Below are positions 30,284 through 39,714 of a stretch of DNA of 64,000 nucleotides, one piece after another. This DNA comes from an uncultured Pelagibacteraceae bacterium (GTDB lineage: Bacteria; Pseudomonadota; Alphaproteobacteria; Pelagibacterales; Pelagibacteraceae), in contig CACIWE010000001.1 in NCBI GenBank assembly GCA_902590285.1, positions 19,496 to 83,495 on the forward strand. Direction: 5' to 3'. Position 1 is the first letter of the stretch. Every line of letters starts with the position of its first letter. The notes below the pieces were generated by a model. It did not search any database and was not told where the DNA came from. It saw only the letters and a list, made by a program, of their open reading frames with translations. A program made the position numbers and the translations under genes.

Positions 30284-31294
30284 ATGTTAAACAAAATTTC
30301 AAAGCTTACAATAACTATATTTTTAATCTTTGGGCTTAAGTCTTCTGTGAACGCGGATGTAAATGTAGTCACATCAATAAAACCTATTCATTCTTTAGCT
30401 AGTTACGTAATGGATGGTGTAGGTAAACCTGATGTAATTGTTGACGGCTATAATTCACCACATGGATTTAGCCTTAAACCGTCACATGCAAAAATGATTG
30501 AAAAAGCAGATCTAATAATTTGGGTTGGTGAAGATTTAGAGGCTTTCCTAGAAAAACCATTAAATACAATTGCTAAGAAAGCTGTAAATATTGAAATAAT
30601 GAATTTAAATGGAGTTAAAAAACTTAAGTTTAGAGAAAAAAATATATTTGAAGGTCATGATGATCATGGACACGGTCATAAAGAGAAAAAACATGATGAT
30701 CACGGACACGGCCATAAAGAAAAGAAACACGATGATCATGGTCATAAAAAAGCTAAACATGATGATCACGGGCATGAGGGACATGCTCACGGTGAACACG
30801 ATCCACATGTTTGGTTAGATCCAATGAATGCTAAGGTGATTGTTAAAGAAATTGAAAAACAATTAATTAAATTAGATCCTGAAAACAGCTCAAAATATAA
30901 AGCTAATTCTAAAAAAGCTCAGTCTGAATTAGATAATTTAACAAAAAATATTAAAAGTGATCTAAAAGGAAATCTTAGATTTGTGGTTTTCCATGATGCT
31001 TATCAATATTTTGAAAACAGATTTGGTATTAAAGTTCTTGGAGCTTTAACAGTAAATCCAGATGTTTTGCCTGGAGCTGAACAATTATCTGAAATAAGAG
31101 AGGTAATAGAACATGAGAAAGTAAATTGCCTTTTTTCAGAACCTCAATTCAACCCAGCTATTATAAAATCTATAGCAAAAGACACTAAAATTAAAACTGC
31201 TGTTTTAGATCCCCTTGGTGCAACTTTAGATAAAGGCAAAGGTATGTACTCAGAACTTTTACAGAGTATGTACGCTTCATTTAAAGGTTGTTAG
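30284..31294 (+). CDS. znuA: Zinc ABC transporter substrate-binding protein
   Basis: SIKPIHSL, SPHGFSLKPS, His-rich loop, DPHVWLDP and FHDAYQYFE. ATG 30284 is preferred because ATG 30263 lies inside a Zur box. Confidence 0.93.
   Translation: MLNKISKLTITIFLIFGLKSSVNADVNVVTSIKPIHSLASYVMDGVGKPDVIVDGYNSPHGFSLKPSHAKMIEKADLIIWVGEDLEAFLEKPLNTIAKKAVNIEIMNLNGVKKLKFREKNIFEGHDDHGHGHKEKKHDDHGHGHKEKKHDDHGHKKAKHDDHGHEGHAHGEHDPHVWLDPMNAKVIVKEIEKQLIKLDPENSSKYKANSKKAQSELDNLTKNIKSDLKGNLRFVVFHDAYQYFENRFGIKVLGALTVNPDVLPGAEQLSEIREVIEHEKVNCLFSEPQFNPAIIKSIAKDTKIKTAVLDPLGATLDKGKGMYSELLQSMYASFKGC
30656..30800 (+). repeat. Coding tandem repeat forming the ZnuA His-rich loop (HDDHGHGHKEKK units)
   Basis: Two 36-bp units (30656-30727) followed by two degenerate HDDHGH units. 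Confidence 0.9.
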
Positions 31295-31299
31295 GAAAT

Positions 31300-32742
31300 T
31301 TATCTTTCAATAACTAAAGTATCTTTAGAGCCACCACCTTGAGAACTGTTCACGATAGTGCTTCCTTTTTTAAGAGCTACTCTAGTAAGTCCACCTGTTG
31401 TAACCCAAGATTTTTTACCAGTTAAGACAAACGGTCTGAGATCTAAATGTCTTGGTTCAATTCCTTCTTCTGATATTGTTGGCGTAGTAGACAAAATTTC
31501 TAATGGTTGAGCAATATAATCACTTGGTTTAGATTTAATTTTATCAATCATATTTTCTCTCTCTTCCTTTGAGGCTTTAGGACCAATCAATATTCCATTA
31601 CCGCCTGATCCATTTGTAGGTTTTACGACAAGTTTAGAAATATTTTCGATAACATGATCTTTATGAATTTTTTTTCTACACAAATAAGTTTGGACTTGTT
31701 TTAGTTTTGGTTCCTCATCTAAATAAAATTTAATCATTTTATCAACATATGAGTATATAGCTTTATCATCTGCTATTCCTGTCCCAGGTGCATTTACAAT
31801 ACCAACATTACCTTTACGCCAACATTTAAATAAACCGGGTACTCCTAGTAAAGAATGTTTATAAAAAACTTTTGGATCTAAGAAGTTGTCATCAATTCTT
31901 CTATAAATACAATCAACTTTCATAGGACCTGTTACAGTTTTCATATAAACAAAGTCTTTTTCAACGAATAAATCTTTTCCCTCTACAAGAGCGATCCCCA
32001 TTTGTTCAGCTAAAAATCTATGTTCGAAATAAGCCGAGTTATATCTACCTGGTGTTAGCACACACATATGTGGGTTTCTTGTTTTTCTAGGGACACATTC
32101 AAGCATGCAGTGATATAATTTATTTGGATATTGATGAACTGAAGCAACTTTATACTTTGTAAATAATTCTGGAAAAACATCTCTCATCACCATTCGATTT
32201 TCAAGCATATAAGAAACTCCTGAAGGAACACGTAAGTTATCTTCTAGAACCATGAACTCACCATTGATATTTCTTATTAAATCAATTCCTGAAATATTGG
32301 ACCAAGCTTTATATTTTGGTGAGAAACCATAACATTCTCTTAAATAAAATGGTGAATTGAAAACCAATTCTTCAGGAATAATATTATCTTTAAAAATTTT
32401 TCTGTCGTTGTAAACATCGTCTATAAAAAGGTTAAGAGCTTTTACCCTTTGAAGTAATCCCTTTGAAACTTTAGCCCAATCTTTTTTTAGAATAATTCTA
32501 GGAATAATATCTAAAGGCCACTTTTTTTCTTGGAGTTTTTTCCCAGAAGAATAAACTCGAAAATTTATTCCCCTTGCATTTATTGTGCTTGCACAGTTCT
32601 TTTCAATTTCATTTAACTTCTTGATACCATGTCTCTCCAAAATGTGAGAGATAATAACAGCTTGCCTACGCAACTTATGGTCAGAGTTTAAGTACTCGTC
32701 ATAAGTTTTTTTAGAGTCGTATTTCTTCCACAAATTAACCAT
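31300..32742 (-). CDS. Circularly permuted type 2 ATP-grasp protein
   Basis: VLEDNLRVPSGVSYMLENR, SAYFEH, IYRRIDD, DLRPF and VNSSQGGGSKD motifs. Confidence 0.92.
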   Translation of the reverse strand: MVNLWKKYDSKKTYDEYLNSDHKLRRQAVIISHILERHGIKKLNEIEKNCASTINARGINFRVYSSGKKLQEKKWPLDIIPRIILKKDWAKVSKGLLQRVKALNLFIDDVYNDRKIFKDNIIPEELVFNSPFYLRECYGFSPKYKAWSNISGIDLIRNINGEFMVLEDNLRVPSGVSYMLENRMVMRDVFPELFTKYKVASVHQYPNKLYHCMLECVPRKTRNPHMCVLTPGRYNSAYFEHRFLAEQMGIALVEGKDLFVEKDFVYMKTVTGPMKVDCIYRRIDDNFLDPKVFYKHSLLGVPGLFKCWRKGNVGIVNAPGTGIADDKAIYSYVDKMIKFYLDEEPKLKQVQTYLCRKKIHKDHVIENISKLVVKPTNGSGGNGILIGPKASKEERENMIDKIKSKPSDYIAQPLEILSTTPTISEEGIEPRHLDLRPFVLTGKKSWVTTGGLTRVALKKGSTIVNSSQGGGSKDTLVIER

Positions 32743-32847
32743 GTAACAATTCTTTATAGTTTAATGCCTTTATCAAATGCACAAATTCGATAATAGCTAT
32801 GATAATTATGAATTGAATATTTACTATTTTTTAAATAAGAATTCACC

Positions 32848-33570
32848 ATGACATATTGTATTGGTATTAAGACTAATGAAGGTGTTGTCTTGGCTTCTGA
32901 CTCCAGAACAAATGCTGGTTTAGATAATGTAAACATTTATTCTAAAATGCTTACTTACGATGTAGGTGACAGAACAGTTGTGATTGTTACTTCAGGAAAT
33001 TTGGCAACATCTCAGGCAGTTTTTAAGTCCATTGAAAAAGATATTAAAGAAAATTCTGCTTTAAATCTTAATAAATGTAAAGATTTTGAGCAAATAGCTT
33101 CATATATAGGCAAACTTACGATTAAACATTCATCTCCAGACGGAGTGAACACAGACAGCCTTGTTTTAGGAGCTACATTTATTATTGGAGGGCAAATAAG
33201 AGGTCAAGACTTAGAATTGTACTTAGTTTATCCTCAAGGAAATTATATAAGACCAGCTGATAGTAAACCTTACTTGGTAATTGGTGAAGTAAAGTATGGT
33301 AAACCCATACTCGATAGAGTTATAACTCCTAATGTTTCAATAGGAGATGCATCTAGATGTGCATTAATATCTATGGACTCTACTCTTAAAAGTGATTTAA
33401 CAGTAGGCCCGCCAATTGATATTGCTGTCTATAAAAAAGATCAAACAAAATTATCTTATCTTAAATGTTTAAATACATCTGATGAGGATTACAAAAAAAT
33501 TTGTAATAAATGGTCTGATAAAGTTCTTCAGGTGTTTGATACTTTTCCTAAATTTGATTGGGAAAAATAA
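32848..33570 (+). CDS. Proteasome-type Ntn-hydrolase (Anbu)
   Basis: M-T-YC N-terminal Thr nucleophile, SDSRTNAGLD, GNLATSQ, YPQGNYI and IGEVKYGKPILDR. Confidence 0.9.
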   Translation: MTYCIGIKTNEGVVLASDSRTNAGLDNVNIYSKMLTYDVGDRTVVIVTSGNLATSQAVFKSIEKDIKENSALNLNKCKDFEQIASYIGKLTIKHSSPDGVNTDSLVLGATFIIGGQIRGQDLELYLVYPQGNYIRPADSKPYLVIGEVKYGKPILDRVITPNVSIGDASRCALISMDSTLKSDLTVGPPIDIAVYKKDQTKLSYLKCLNTSDEDYKKICNKWSDKVLQVFDTFPKFDWEK

Positions 33571-33573
33571 TCT

Positions 33574-34590
33574 TTAAGCAAAAACCTCGCCCCATGTACC
33601 TTTTGTAGAAGCTTTAGAATATTCTGTAGCTCTACCTTCAAAGAAGTTCATGTGTTCAACACCGTTTAACATAGTGTCTAACCAAGTTAATGGATTCTTC
33701 TTAACATCATATATTGGATTTAAGCCAAGCTGCTCTAATCTTCTGTTTCCAATAAATCTAATATACTGTTTAACTTCTTCTGCAGATAAACCGTTTAATG
33801 GACCCATTTGGAAAGCTAAATCGATGAAAGCGTCTTCATGATGCACGATTGTTTTACACGCATCATAAATTTCATTTTTTAATTTATCATTCCAGATTTG
33901 TGGTTCTTCTTTGATAAAATCTTTAAACAATCTGATCATAGAATTGCAGTGAAGAGTTTCATCTCTAACTGACCAGGTTACGATCTGCCCCATTCCCTTC
34001 ATCTTGTTAAATCTTGGGAAGTTTAAAAGAATTGCAAAACTTGCAAATAACTGAAGCCCTTCTGTAAATGCAGAGAATACTGCCATAGTCATAGCTATAT
34101 TGTGTTTTGATTTAACATCAAAGCCTTGCATATAGTCATACTTATCTTTCATTTCTTTGTACTTCATGAAAGCAGAGTATTCTGTTTCTGGCATTCCAAT
34201 TGTATCTAACAAGTGAGAGTATGCAGCAATATGGACTGTTTCCATTGCAGCAAACGCTGTCATCATCATCAAAACTTCTGTTGGTTTAAATACAGTTGTG
34301 TAATGTCTTAAATAACAGTTGTTAACCTCAACATCAGCTTGAGTAAAAAATCTGAAAATATGAGTTAATAAATTCTTTTCTTCAACAGTAAGATTTTTTT
34401 GCCAATCTCTTACATCGTCTCCTAGTGGTACTTCTTCTGGTAACCAGTGAATTCTTTGTTGAGTTAACCAAGCATCATAACACCATGGATATCTAAATGG
34501 TTTATAAACTGGGTTTTCTACTAATAGCCCCATTTTACTTGGTTGAATTATTTCTGGTTTAATTTTTTTTGCTACTGACATGATAAACAC
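33574..34590 (-). CDS. nrdB: Ribonucleotide reductase class Ia beta subunit
   Basis: HWLPEEV, FFTQAD, ETVHIAAY (radical Tyr), TEG and RDETLH. Start is probably MSVAKK (about 34581). Confidence 0.95.
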   Translation of the reverse strand: MFIMSVAKKIKPEIIQPSKMGLLVENPVYKPFRYPWCYDAWLTQQRIHWLPEEVPLGDDVRDWQKNLTVEEKNLLTHIFRFFTQADVEVNNCYLRHYTTVFKPTEVLMMMTAFAAMETVHIAAYSHLLDTIGMPETEYSAFMKYKEMKDKYDYMQGFDVKSKHNIAMTMAVFSAFTEGLQLFASFAILLNFPRFNKMKGMGQIVTWSVRDETLHCNSMIRLFKDFIKEEPQIWNDKLKNEIYDACKTIVHHEDAFIDLAFQMGPLNGLSAEEVKQYIRFIGNRRLEQLGLNPIYDVKKNPLTWLDTMLNGVEHMNFFEGRATEYSKASTKGTWGEVFA

Positions 34591-36521
34591 TCCTCATAGT
34601 TATTTGACTCATTATTTGATTTTTGTCCGCTAGAATAAACGTTTTTAGTTACATCAGTCTGTGATGCGTTGTTTACATTCTCGGCTCTTTGGATTGATTT
34701 AGATCTGCAGTAATAAAGACTTTTTAATCCTTTTTTCCAGGCTTGGAAATGAAGATCGTGCAAGTCTTTCTTGTGTATATCTGCAGGTATAAATATATTT
34801 ACTGATTGGGCTTGTGAAATGTGAGGAGTTCTATCTGCTCCTAATTCCACTACCCATCTTTGATCTATTTCAAATGCTGTTTTGAAAGTATCTTTTTCTT
34901 CAGCAGTTAAAAAATCTAAATGAGATACCGAACCTTGGTTGGTCGTAATACTAGACCAAACTTCATCAGTATCTTTTTTATATTTTTGAAGAAGTTTTTT
35001 AAGATATTTATTTCTTACATTAAACGATCCTGATAAAGTTTTATGCGTATAACTGTTCGCAGCGATAGGTTCAATTCCTGGTGATGAACCACCACAAATA
35101 ATTGATATTGAAGCAGTTGGGGCAATCGCTGTTTTGTTAGAAAATCTTTCTTTTATTCCATATTCTGCTGCGTCAGGACAAGCTCCTCTTTCTTCTGCCA
35201 AACTAACTGAAGCTGCATCAACTTTTTCTTGAATATTTTTAAATATTTTTTTATTCCAAACTTTGCTCATTACCGAACCAAAAGGAATATTTTTTTGTTG
35301 GAAGTAAGAATGTAAACCCATAACACCTAGACCAACACTCCTTTCTCTCATCGCAGAATATTTCGCGTGAGCAAATTCATCAGGCGCTCTATTGATAAAG
35401 TCAGTCATTACATTGTCTAAAAATCTCATCACATCTTCAACAAACTGGGGATCTTCACTCCAATGATCGTAAGTATCTAAATTTAAGGATGACAAACAAC
35501 AAACGGCTGTTCTTTGATTCCCCTCGTTATCTTGACCAGTAGGTAAAGTAATTTCGCTACAAAGATTTGAAGTCTTAACTTTTAAACCTGCTAACTTATG
35601 GTGTTGTGGAATTTGCCTATTAACAGTATCAATAAAAACAATATAAGGTTCACCTGTTTCTATTCTTGCGGTTAACAATCTAATCCATAAATTCCTTGCA
35701 GGTATAGTTGACTGAACTGTACCGTCATAAGGGCTTCTTAAAGCCCACTGACCACCTGTCTCAACAGCTCTCATAAATTCATCTGTAACCAACACGCCGT
35801 GATGTAAGTTTAAAGATCTTCTGTTAACGTCTCCACCTGTCGGTCTTCTCATTTCAATAAATTCTTCAATTTCAGGATGGTCAATTTGTAAGTAACAAGC
35901 TGCTGATCCTCTTCTTAATGATCCTTGGCTAATAGCTAAAGTCAAAGAGTCCATAACTTTAATAAATGGAATTATTCCAGATGTTTTTCCAACTTTACCA
36001 ATCTTTTCACCAATAGATCTTAGGTTACCCCAATAACTTCCAATACCACCTCCTCTTGCGGCAAGCCATACGTTTTCTTCCCAAAGATTTGTAATACCTT
36101 CTAAACTATCGTTAGCTTCATTTAAAAAACATGATATTGGAAGACCTCTTTCTGTGCCGCCATTTGATAAAACTGGCGTCGCTGGCATAAACCATAAGTT
36201 GCTTATGTAGTTATAAATTCTTTGTGCATGCAAATTATCATCGGCGTAAACACTAGCTACTCTTGCGAATAAATCTTGAAAGCTCTCATTTTGACCTAGA
36301 TAACGATCAGTAAGAGTTGCTTTTCCAAAATCTGTTAAGTTTGCATCTCTTGATCTATCGATCTTAATTGTAATTCCTCTCTCATTTTGAAACAGCTCCG
36401 TTTCCCCTGATAAAGAGAATAAATCTGGTTTTTTAGGACCATTATTTCTTTGGTCATTTTGGTGCTTCTGGCTTATAGTGCCGACAGCTTTCTCTATTGC
36501 CAATGATACGTTTTTATTCAT
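34572..36521 (-). CDS. nrdA: Ribonucleotide reductase class I alpha subunit (no ATP cone)
   Basis: PATPVL, ISCFL, SNLCSEI, APTASIS, KSLYY and C-terminal CLSCQ. Confidence 0.95.
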   Translation of the reverse strand: MNKNVSLAIEKAVGTISQKHQNDQRNNGPKKPDLFSLSGETELFQNERGITIKIDRSRDANLTDFGKATLTDRYLGQNESFQDLFARVASVYADDNLHAQRIYNYISNLWFMPATPVLSNGGTERGLPISCFLNEANDSLEGITNLWEENVWLAARGGGIGSYWGNLRSIGEKIGKVGKTSGIIPFIKVMDSLTLAISQGSLRRGSAACYLQIDHPEIEEFIEMRRPTGGDVNRRSLNLHHGVLVTDEFMRAVETGGQWALRSPYDGTVQSTIPARNLWIRLLTARIETGEPYIVFIDTVNRQIPQHHKLAGLKVKTSNLCSEITLPTGQDNEGNQRTAVCCLSSLNLDTYDHWSEDPQFVEDVMRFLDNVMTDFINRAPDEFAHAKYSAMRERSVGLGVMGLHSYFQQKNIPFGSVMSKVWNKKIFKNIQEKVDAASVSLAEERGACPDAAEYGIKERFSNKTAIAPTASISIICGGSSPGIEPIAANSYTHKTLSGSFNVRNKYLKKLLQKYKKDTDEVWSSITTNQGSVSHLDFLTAEEKDTFKTAFEIDQRWVVELGADRTPHISQAQSVNIFIPADIHKKDLHDLHFQAWKKGLKSLYYCRSKSIQRAENVNNASQTDVTKNVYSSGQKSNNESNNYEECLSCQ

Positions 36522-36555
36522 ATTTCGCCTATTTTACCTTGGTTTATTAACAAAA

Positions 36556-36571
36556 CAACTACATGTTGTGT
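36556..36571 (-). promoter_or_regulatory. NrdR box upstream of nrdA
   Basis: Minus strand ACACAACATGTAGTTG resembles the NrdR consensus acaCwAtATaTwGtg; a weaker second copy lies near 36585-36602. Confidence 0.7.
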
Positions 36572-36611
36572 TACAATTATGTTAATATACCATATAGTAT
36601 TGAAATCAATA

Positions 36612-36626
36612 GAACATTATAAGAAC
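36612..36626. promoter_or_regulatory. Alphaproteobacterial LexA (SOS) box
   Basis: GAAC-ATTATAA-GAAC, i.e. GAAC-N7-GAAC (GTTC-N7-GTTC on the minus strand). Confidence 0.65.
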
Positions 36627-36707
36627 ATTTAAAAAATTTTGCAAGTGGAAAGTTTTGTTAATAAACATTTAATAACAAAATCGCTTATTCTTTAGTATTT
36701 ATAACTA

Positions 36708-38150
36708 ATGAAAATCAATCCAAACGGTTTTAGAGAGTATGATGCTAGATGGCTTTTTGAAAAAGACATCGATTTAGAGGGAATCACTGATTTAGGAAAA
36801 GGATTAGGTACTCAAATAATTAATCATACAAAAAAAACAAATCCAAGAGTGATTGTAGGTCATGATTACAGGTCCTACAGTGAAGCTATAAAAAAAGCTT
36901 TAATCAACGGCCTAACTTCATCAGGCTGTCATGTAGAAGATATAGGCTTATCACTATCCCCCACTGTTTACTTCGCACAATTTAATTTAAATTCTGATGC
37001 CATAGCAATGGTTACGGCTAGTCATAATGAAAATGGTTGGACTGGAGTAAAGATGGGTATCAAAAAAGGATTAACTCATGCTCCTGAGGAAATGAGCGAA
37101 TTAAAAGAAATCACTTTAAATAAAAAATTTATTAATGGAAAAGGTTCATTTAAAAAAATAAATAATTTTAAGAATGTATATTCTAAGGATTTAATTGAAA
37201 AAAATAAGATCAATAAAAAAATTAAAGCGGTCGTTGCTTGTGGTAACGGAACAGCAGGAGTCTTTGCGCCTGAAATTTTAAAAGGTATTGGTTGTGATGT
37301 AATAGAACTAGATTGTAAATTAGACTGGTCCTTTCCAAAATACAATCCCAATCCTGAAGATCTTGAAATGCTTCATGCTATATCAAAGGCAGTAAAAGAA
37401 AATAATGCTGATGTTGGATTTGGTTTTGACGGAGATGGTGATAGATGTGGAGTCATTGATGATAAAGGTAATGAAATATACTCTGATAAAATAGGATTAT
37501 TAATTGCTAGAAACTTAGCATCTAAACATCAAAACTCAAAATTCGTTGTGGATGTAAAATCAACAGGTCTTTATGCTAAAGACAAAGTTCTTTTAGGAAA
37601 TAATTGTAAGACCATTTACTGGAAGACTGGACACTCACATATTAAAAGAAAGGTTAATCTTGAAAAAGCTTTAGCAGGATTTGAAAAAAGTGGCCATTTC
37701 TTTTTTAACCAACCTTTAGGGTTTGGTTATGATGATGGAATAAATTCAGCAATACAAGTTTGTCATTTGTTAGTTAATCAAAATAGAAAAATGAGCGAAA
37801 TCATAAATGAATTACCCAAAACTTATCAATCTCCAACCATGGCTCCGTTCTGTAAAGATGAGGAAAAGTATAAAGTAGTAGAAGAAATGGTAAAAAAAGT
37901 TGAAGATCTAAAAAAACAAAATATAAAAATAGATGGTCAGTCAATCACAGAAATTTTAACGGTTAATGGAGTTAGATTCTCTTTAACAGATGGATCTTGG
38001 GGTTTAATTAGAGCCTCATCTAACAAACCCTCTCTTGTTGTTGTCACTGAAAGCCCTACTTCAAATAACAGAAAAAAAATAATTTTTGATTTTATAGATA
38101 GCTTATTAAAAAATACTGGGAAAATTGGTGAATATGATCAAAAAATTTAA
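36708..38150 (+). CDS. Phosphomannomutase/phosphoglucomutase
   Basis: FREYDAR, TASHN, DGDGDR and EKSGH motifs. Confidence 0.93.
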   Translation: MKINPNGFREYDARWLFEKDIDLEGITDLGKGLGTQIINHTKKTNPRVIVGHDYRSYSEAIKKALINGLTSSGCHVEDIGLSLSPTVYFAQFNLNSDAIAMVTASHNENGWTGVKMGIKKGLTHAPEEMSELKEITLNKKFINGKGSFKKINNFKNVYSKDLIEKNKINKKIKAVVACGNGTAGVFAPEILKGIGCDVIELDCKLDWSFPKYNPNPEDLEMLHAISKAVKENNADVGFGFDGDGDRCGVIDDKGNEIYSDKIGLLIARNLASKHQNSKFVVDVKSTGLYAKDKVLLGNNCKTIYWKTGHSHIKRKVNLEKALAGFEKSGHFFFNQPLGFGYDDGINSAIQVCHLLVNQNRKMSEIINELPKTYQSPTMAPFCKDEEKYKVVEEMVKKVEDLKKQNIKIDGQSITEILTVNGVRFSLTDGSWGLIRASSNKPSLVVVTESPTSNNRKKIIFDFIDSLLKNTGKIGEYDQKI

Positions 38151-38158
38151 AATAACAT

Positions 38159-38887
38159 ATGAAAAAAAATACCTTTTTACATTTTTCATTAAATAATAAA
38201 TTATTCTATAAAATATATCTATATTACAATCTCTACATTAGGAATTTTAAATACCTATTCAAAGAAAATTATTCTCAAGTAGATGAAGATATTTTTATAA
38301 AAAATTATTTTTCAAAGAAAAAAGGCTTTTATATTGATATTGGTTGTTATCACCCATTTAGAAATAATAATACATATCTTCTGTATAAAGAAGGCTGGAC
38401 AGGTCTTAATATTGATCTAAATAAAATATCCATTGATCTTTTTGATATTCTTAGGCCTAGAGATTTAAATATTTGTGCTGCTATTTCACATAAAAAAGAA
38501 TTAATGAATTGCTATATTCCAAACAATGATCCTATTTCTCCCGAAATAACAATCAGTAAAAATTTTTCAAAAAAAATAAGTAAACGTCACGGAAGTTCGT
38601 ATAGGTCCTATAGGATCAAAAGTGTTACATGGCCAGATATAGAAAAAAAATATAAATCAAAAATAAAAAAAAAAGTAGATATTTTGAAGATAGATGTAGA
38701 AGGTTTAGATTACAAAATACTAAAATCTATTAATTTAAATAAAATAAATCCCCATCTTATAATGGTTGAAGCCCCACACTTTGAAAAAATTGAAACAAAA
38801 AAAATAGCTAATTATTTAAAGAGAAAACGTTATAAAATTATTTATAATAATACTTTGAACATAATTTTTAAAAAAAATAAATTATAA
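38159..38887 (+). CDS. FkbM-family methyltransferase
   Basis: YSQ..ED, YIDIGCYHP..NNT, GWTGLNID and LKIDVEG motifs. Confidence 0.8.
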   Translation: MKKNTFLHFSLNNKLFYKIYLYYNLYIRNFKYLFKENYSQVDEDIFIKNYFSKKKGFYIDIGCYHPFRNNNTYLLYKEGWTGLNIDLNKISIDLFDILRPRDLNICAAISHKKELMNCYIPNNDPISPEITISKNFSKKISKRHGSSYRSYRIKSVTWPDIEKKYKSKIKKKVDILKIDVEGLDYKILKSINLNKINPHLIMVEAPHFEKIETKKIANYLKRKRYKIIYNNTLNIIFKKNKL

Positions 38888-39712
38888 GTTAAAGTATTCG
38901 TATAAAAATTTTGTTCCTATAATAATTAAAAATAATCCAAAATATTTTGTCATTTTTTTTTTATTAATTCTATGGCTTGCTTTAGCTCCTAGCCTTGCCA
39001 TAAATGCTGTTATTGGAAAAAAAATTAAAAATGCCGGGATATTCAAAAATCCAATACTTAAAGGTAGGTTTGCTTGCAGATAGTTTCCTGAAAAAAGAAA
39101 ACCTATTGTGCCAAATAAAGCTATTATAAAACCAATTGCAGCTGCGCTACCTATTGCTTTATTAATCGGATAACCAAAAAACTTCAAAATTGGAACATTC
39201 ATTACTGCTCCACCAATTCCCATTGGAGCTGAAACAAAACCAGTAATTATTCCCGAAATAATTTTAGCAGGTAAACCCATCCTTATTGAGATGTCAGTCT
39301 CTTTTTCTTTTAAAAATAATAAATAAAAAGCAAGAATATAAACAACAATTGTAAAAAATAATATCAATGGTTTTGTTTTTAAACCTGCAGCTAAAATGGT
39401 TCCAAGTATTACTCCAATAATTACAAATACTCCGTAACCTTTTACTACACTAAAATCGACTGCATTATGTTGATGGTGTGTTAAGACTGAAACAATTGAA
39501 GTTGGGATGATAATTCCAAATGAAGTTCCTACTGCTAAGTGCATTAAATATTCAGGCTCTATTCCTGCTGCACCAAAAATATAAAATAAAATTGGTACAG
39601 TGATTAACCCTCCCCCAATACCAAATAAACCTGCAGCAAATCCAGCAGGGATCGCAGTGATGACCATTATTAAAATTAAATAAAGTGTTTCAGGCTGAAA
39701 GATAATGTCCAA
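38882..39712 (-). CDS. TauE/SafE (TSUP) family sulfite exporter-like membrane protein
   Basis: Repeated GLFGIGGG / GIGGAV motifs, AVGTS, multiple TM helices. Confidence 0.88.
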   Translation of the reverse strand: MDIIFQPETLYLILIMVITAIPAGFAAGLFGIGGGLITVPILFYIFGAAGIEPEYLMHLAVGTSFGIIIPTSIVSVLTHHQHNAVDFSVVKGYGVFVIIGVILGTILAAGLKTKPLILFFTIVVYILAFYLLFLKEKETDISIRMGLPAKIISGIITGFVSAPMGIGGAVMNVPILKFFGYPINKAIGSAAAIGFIIALFGTIGFLFSGNYLQANLPLSIGFLNIPAFLIFFPITAFMARLGAKASHRINKKKMTKYFGLFLIIIGTKFLYEYFNL

Positions 39713-39714
39713 AA

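Noticed and set aside
30656-30800. Periodic ~36-bp repeat considered as a possible CRISPR array
   Set aside because: In-frame coding repeat with no unique spacers and no cas genes in the window.
30605-30818. Met-rich alternative ORFs (both strands) inside znuA
   Set aside because: Frame-shifted and antisense readings of the CAT/GAT His-Asp repeat.
33574-34590. Possible non-canonical (class Ic/Ie) RNR beta subunit
   Set aside because: The Asp/Glu/His metal ligands and the radical Tyr motif are all present, consistent with ordinary class Ia.
36657-36672. TTAA-N7-TTAAC (CtrA-like box) on the minus strand in the nrdA/pmm spacer
   Set aside because: An almost all-AT motif is expected by chance in this genome, and there is no evidence here that CtrA is encoded.
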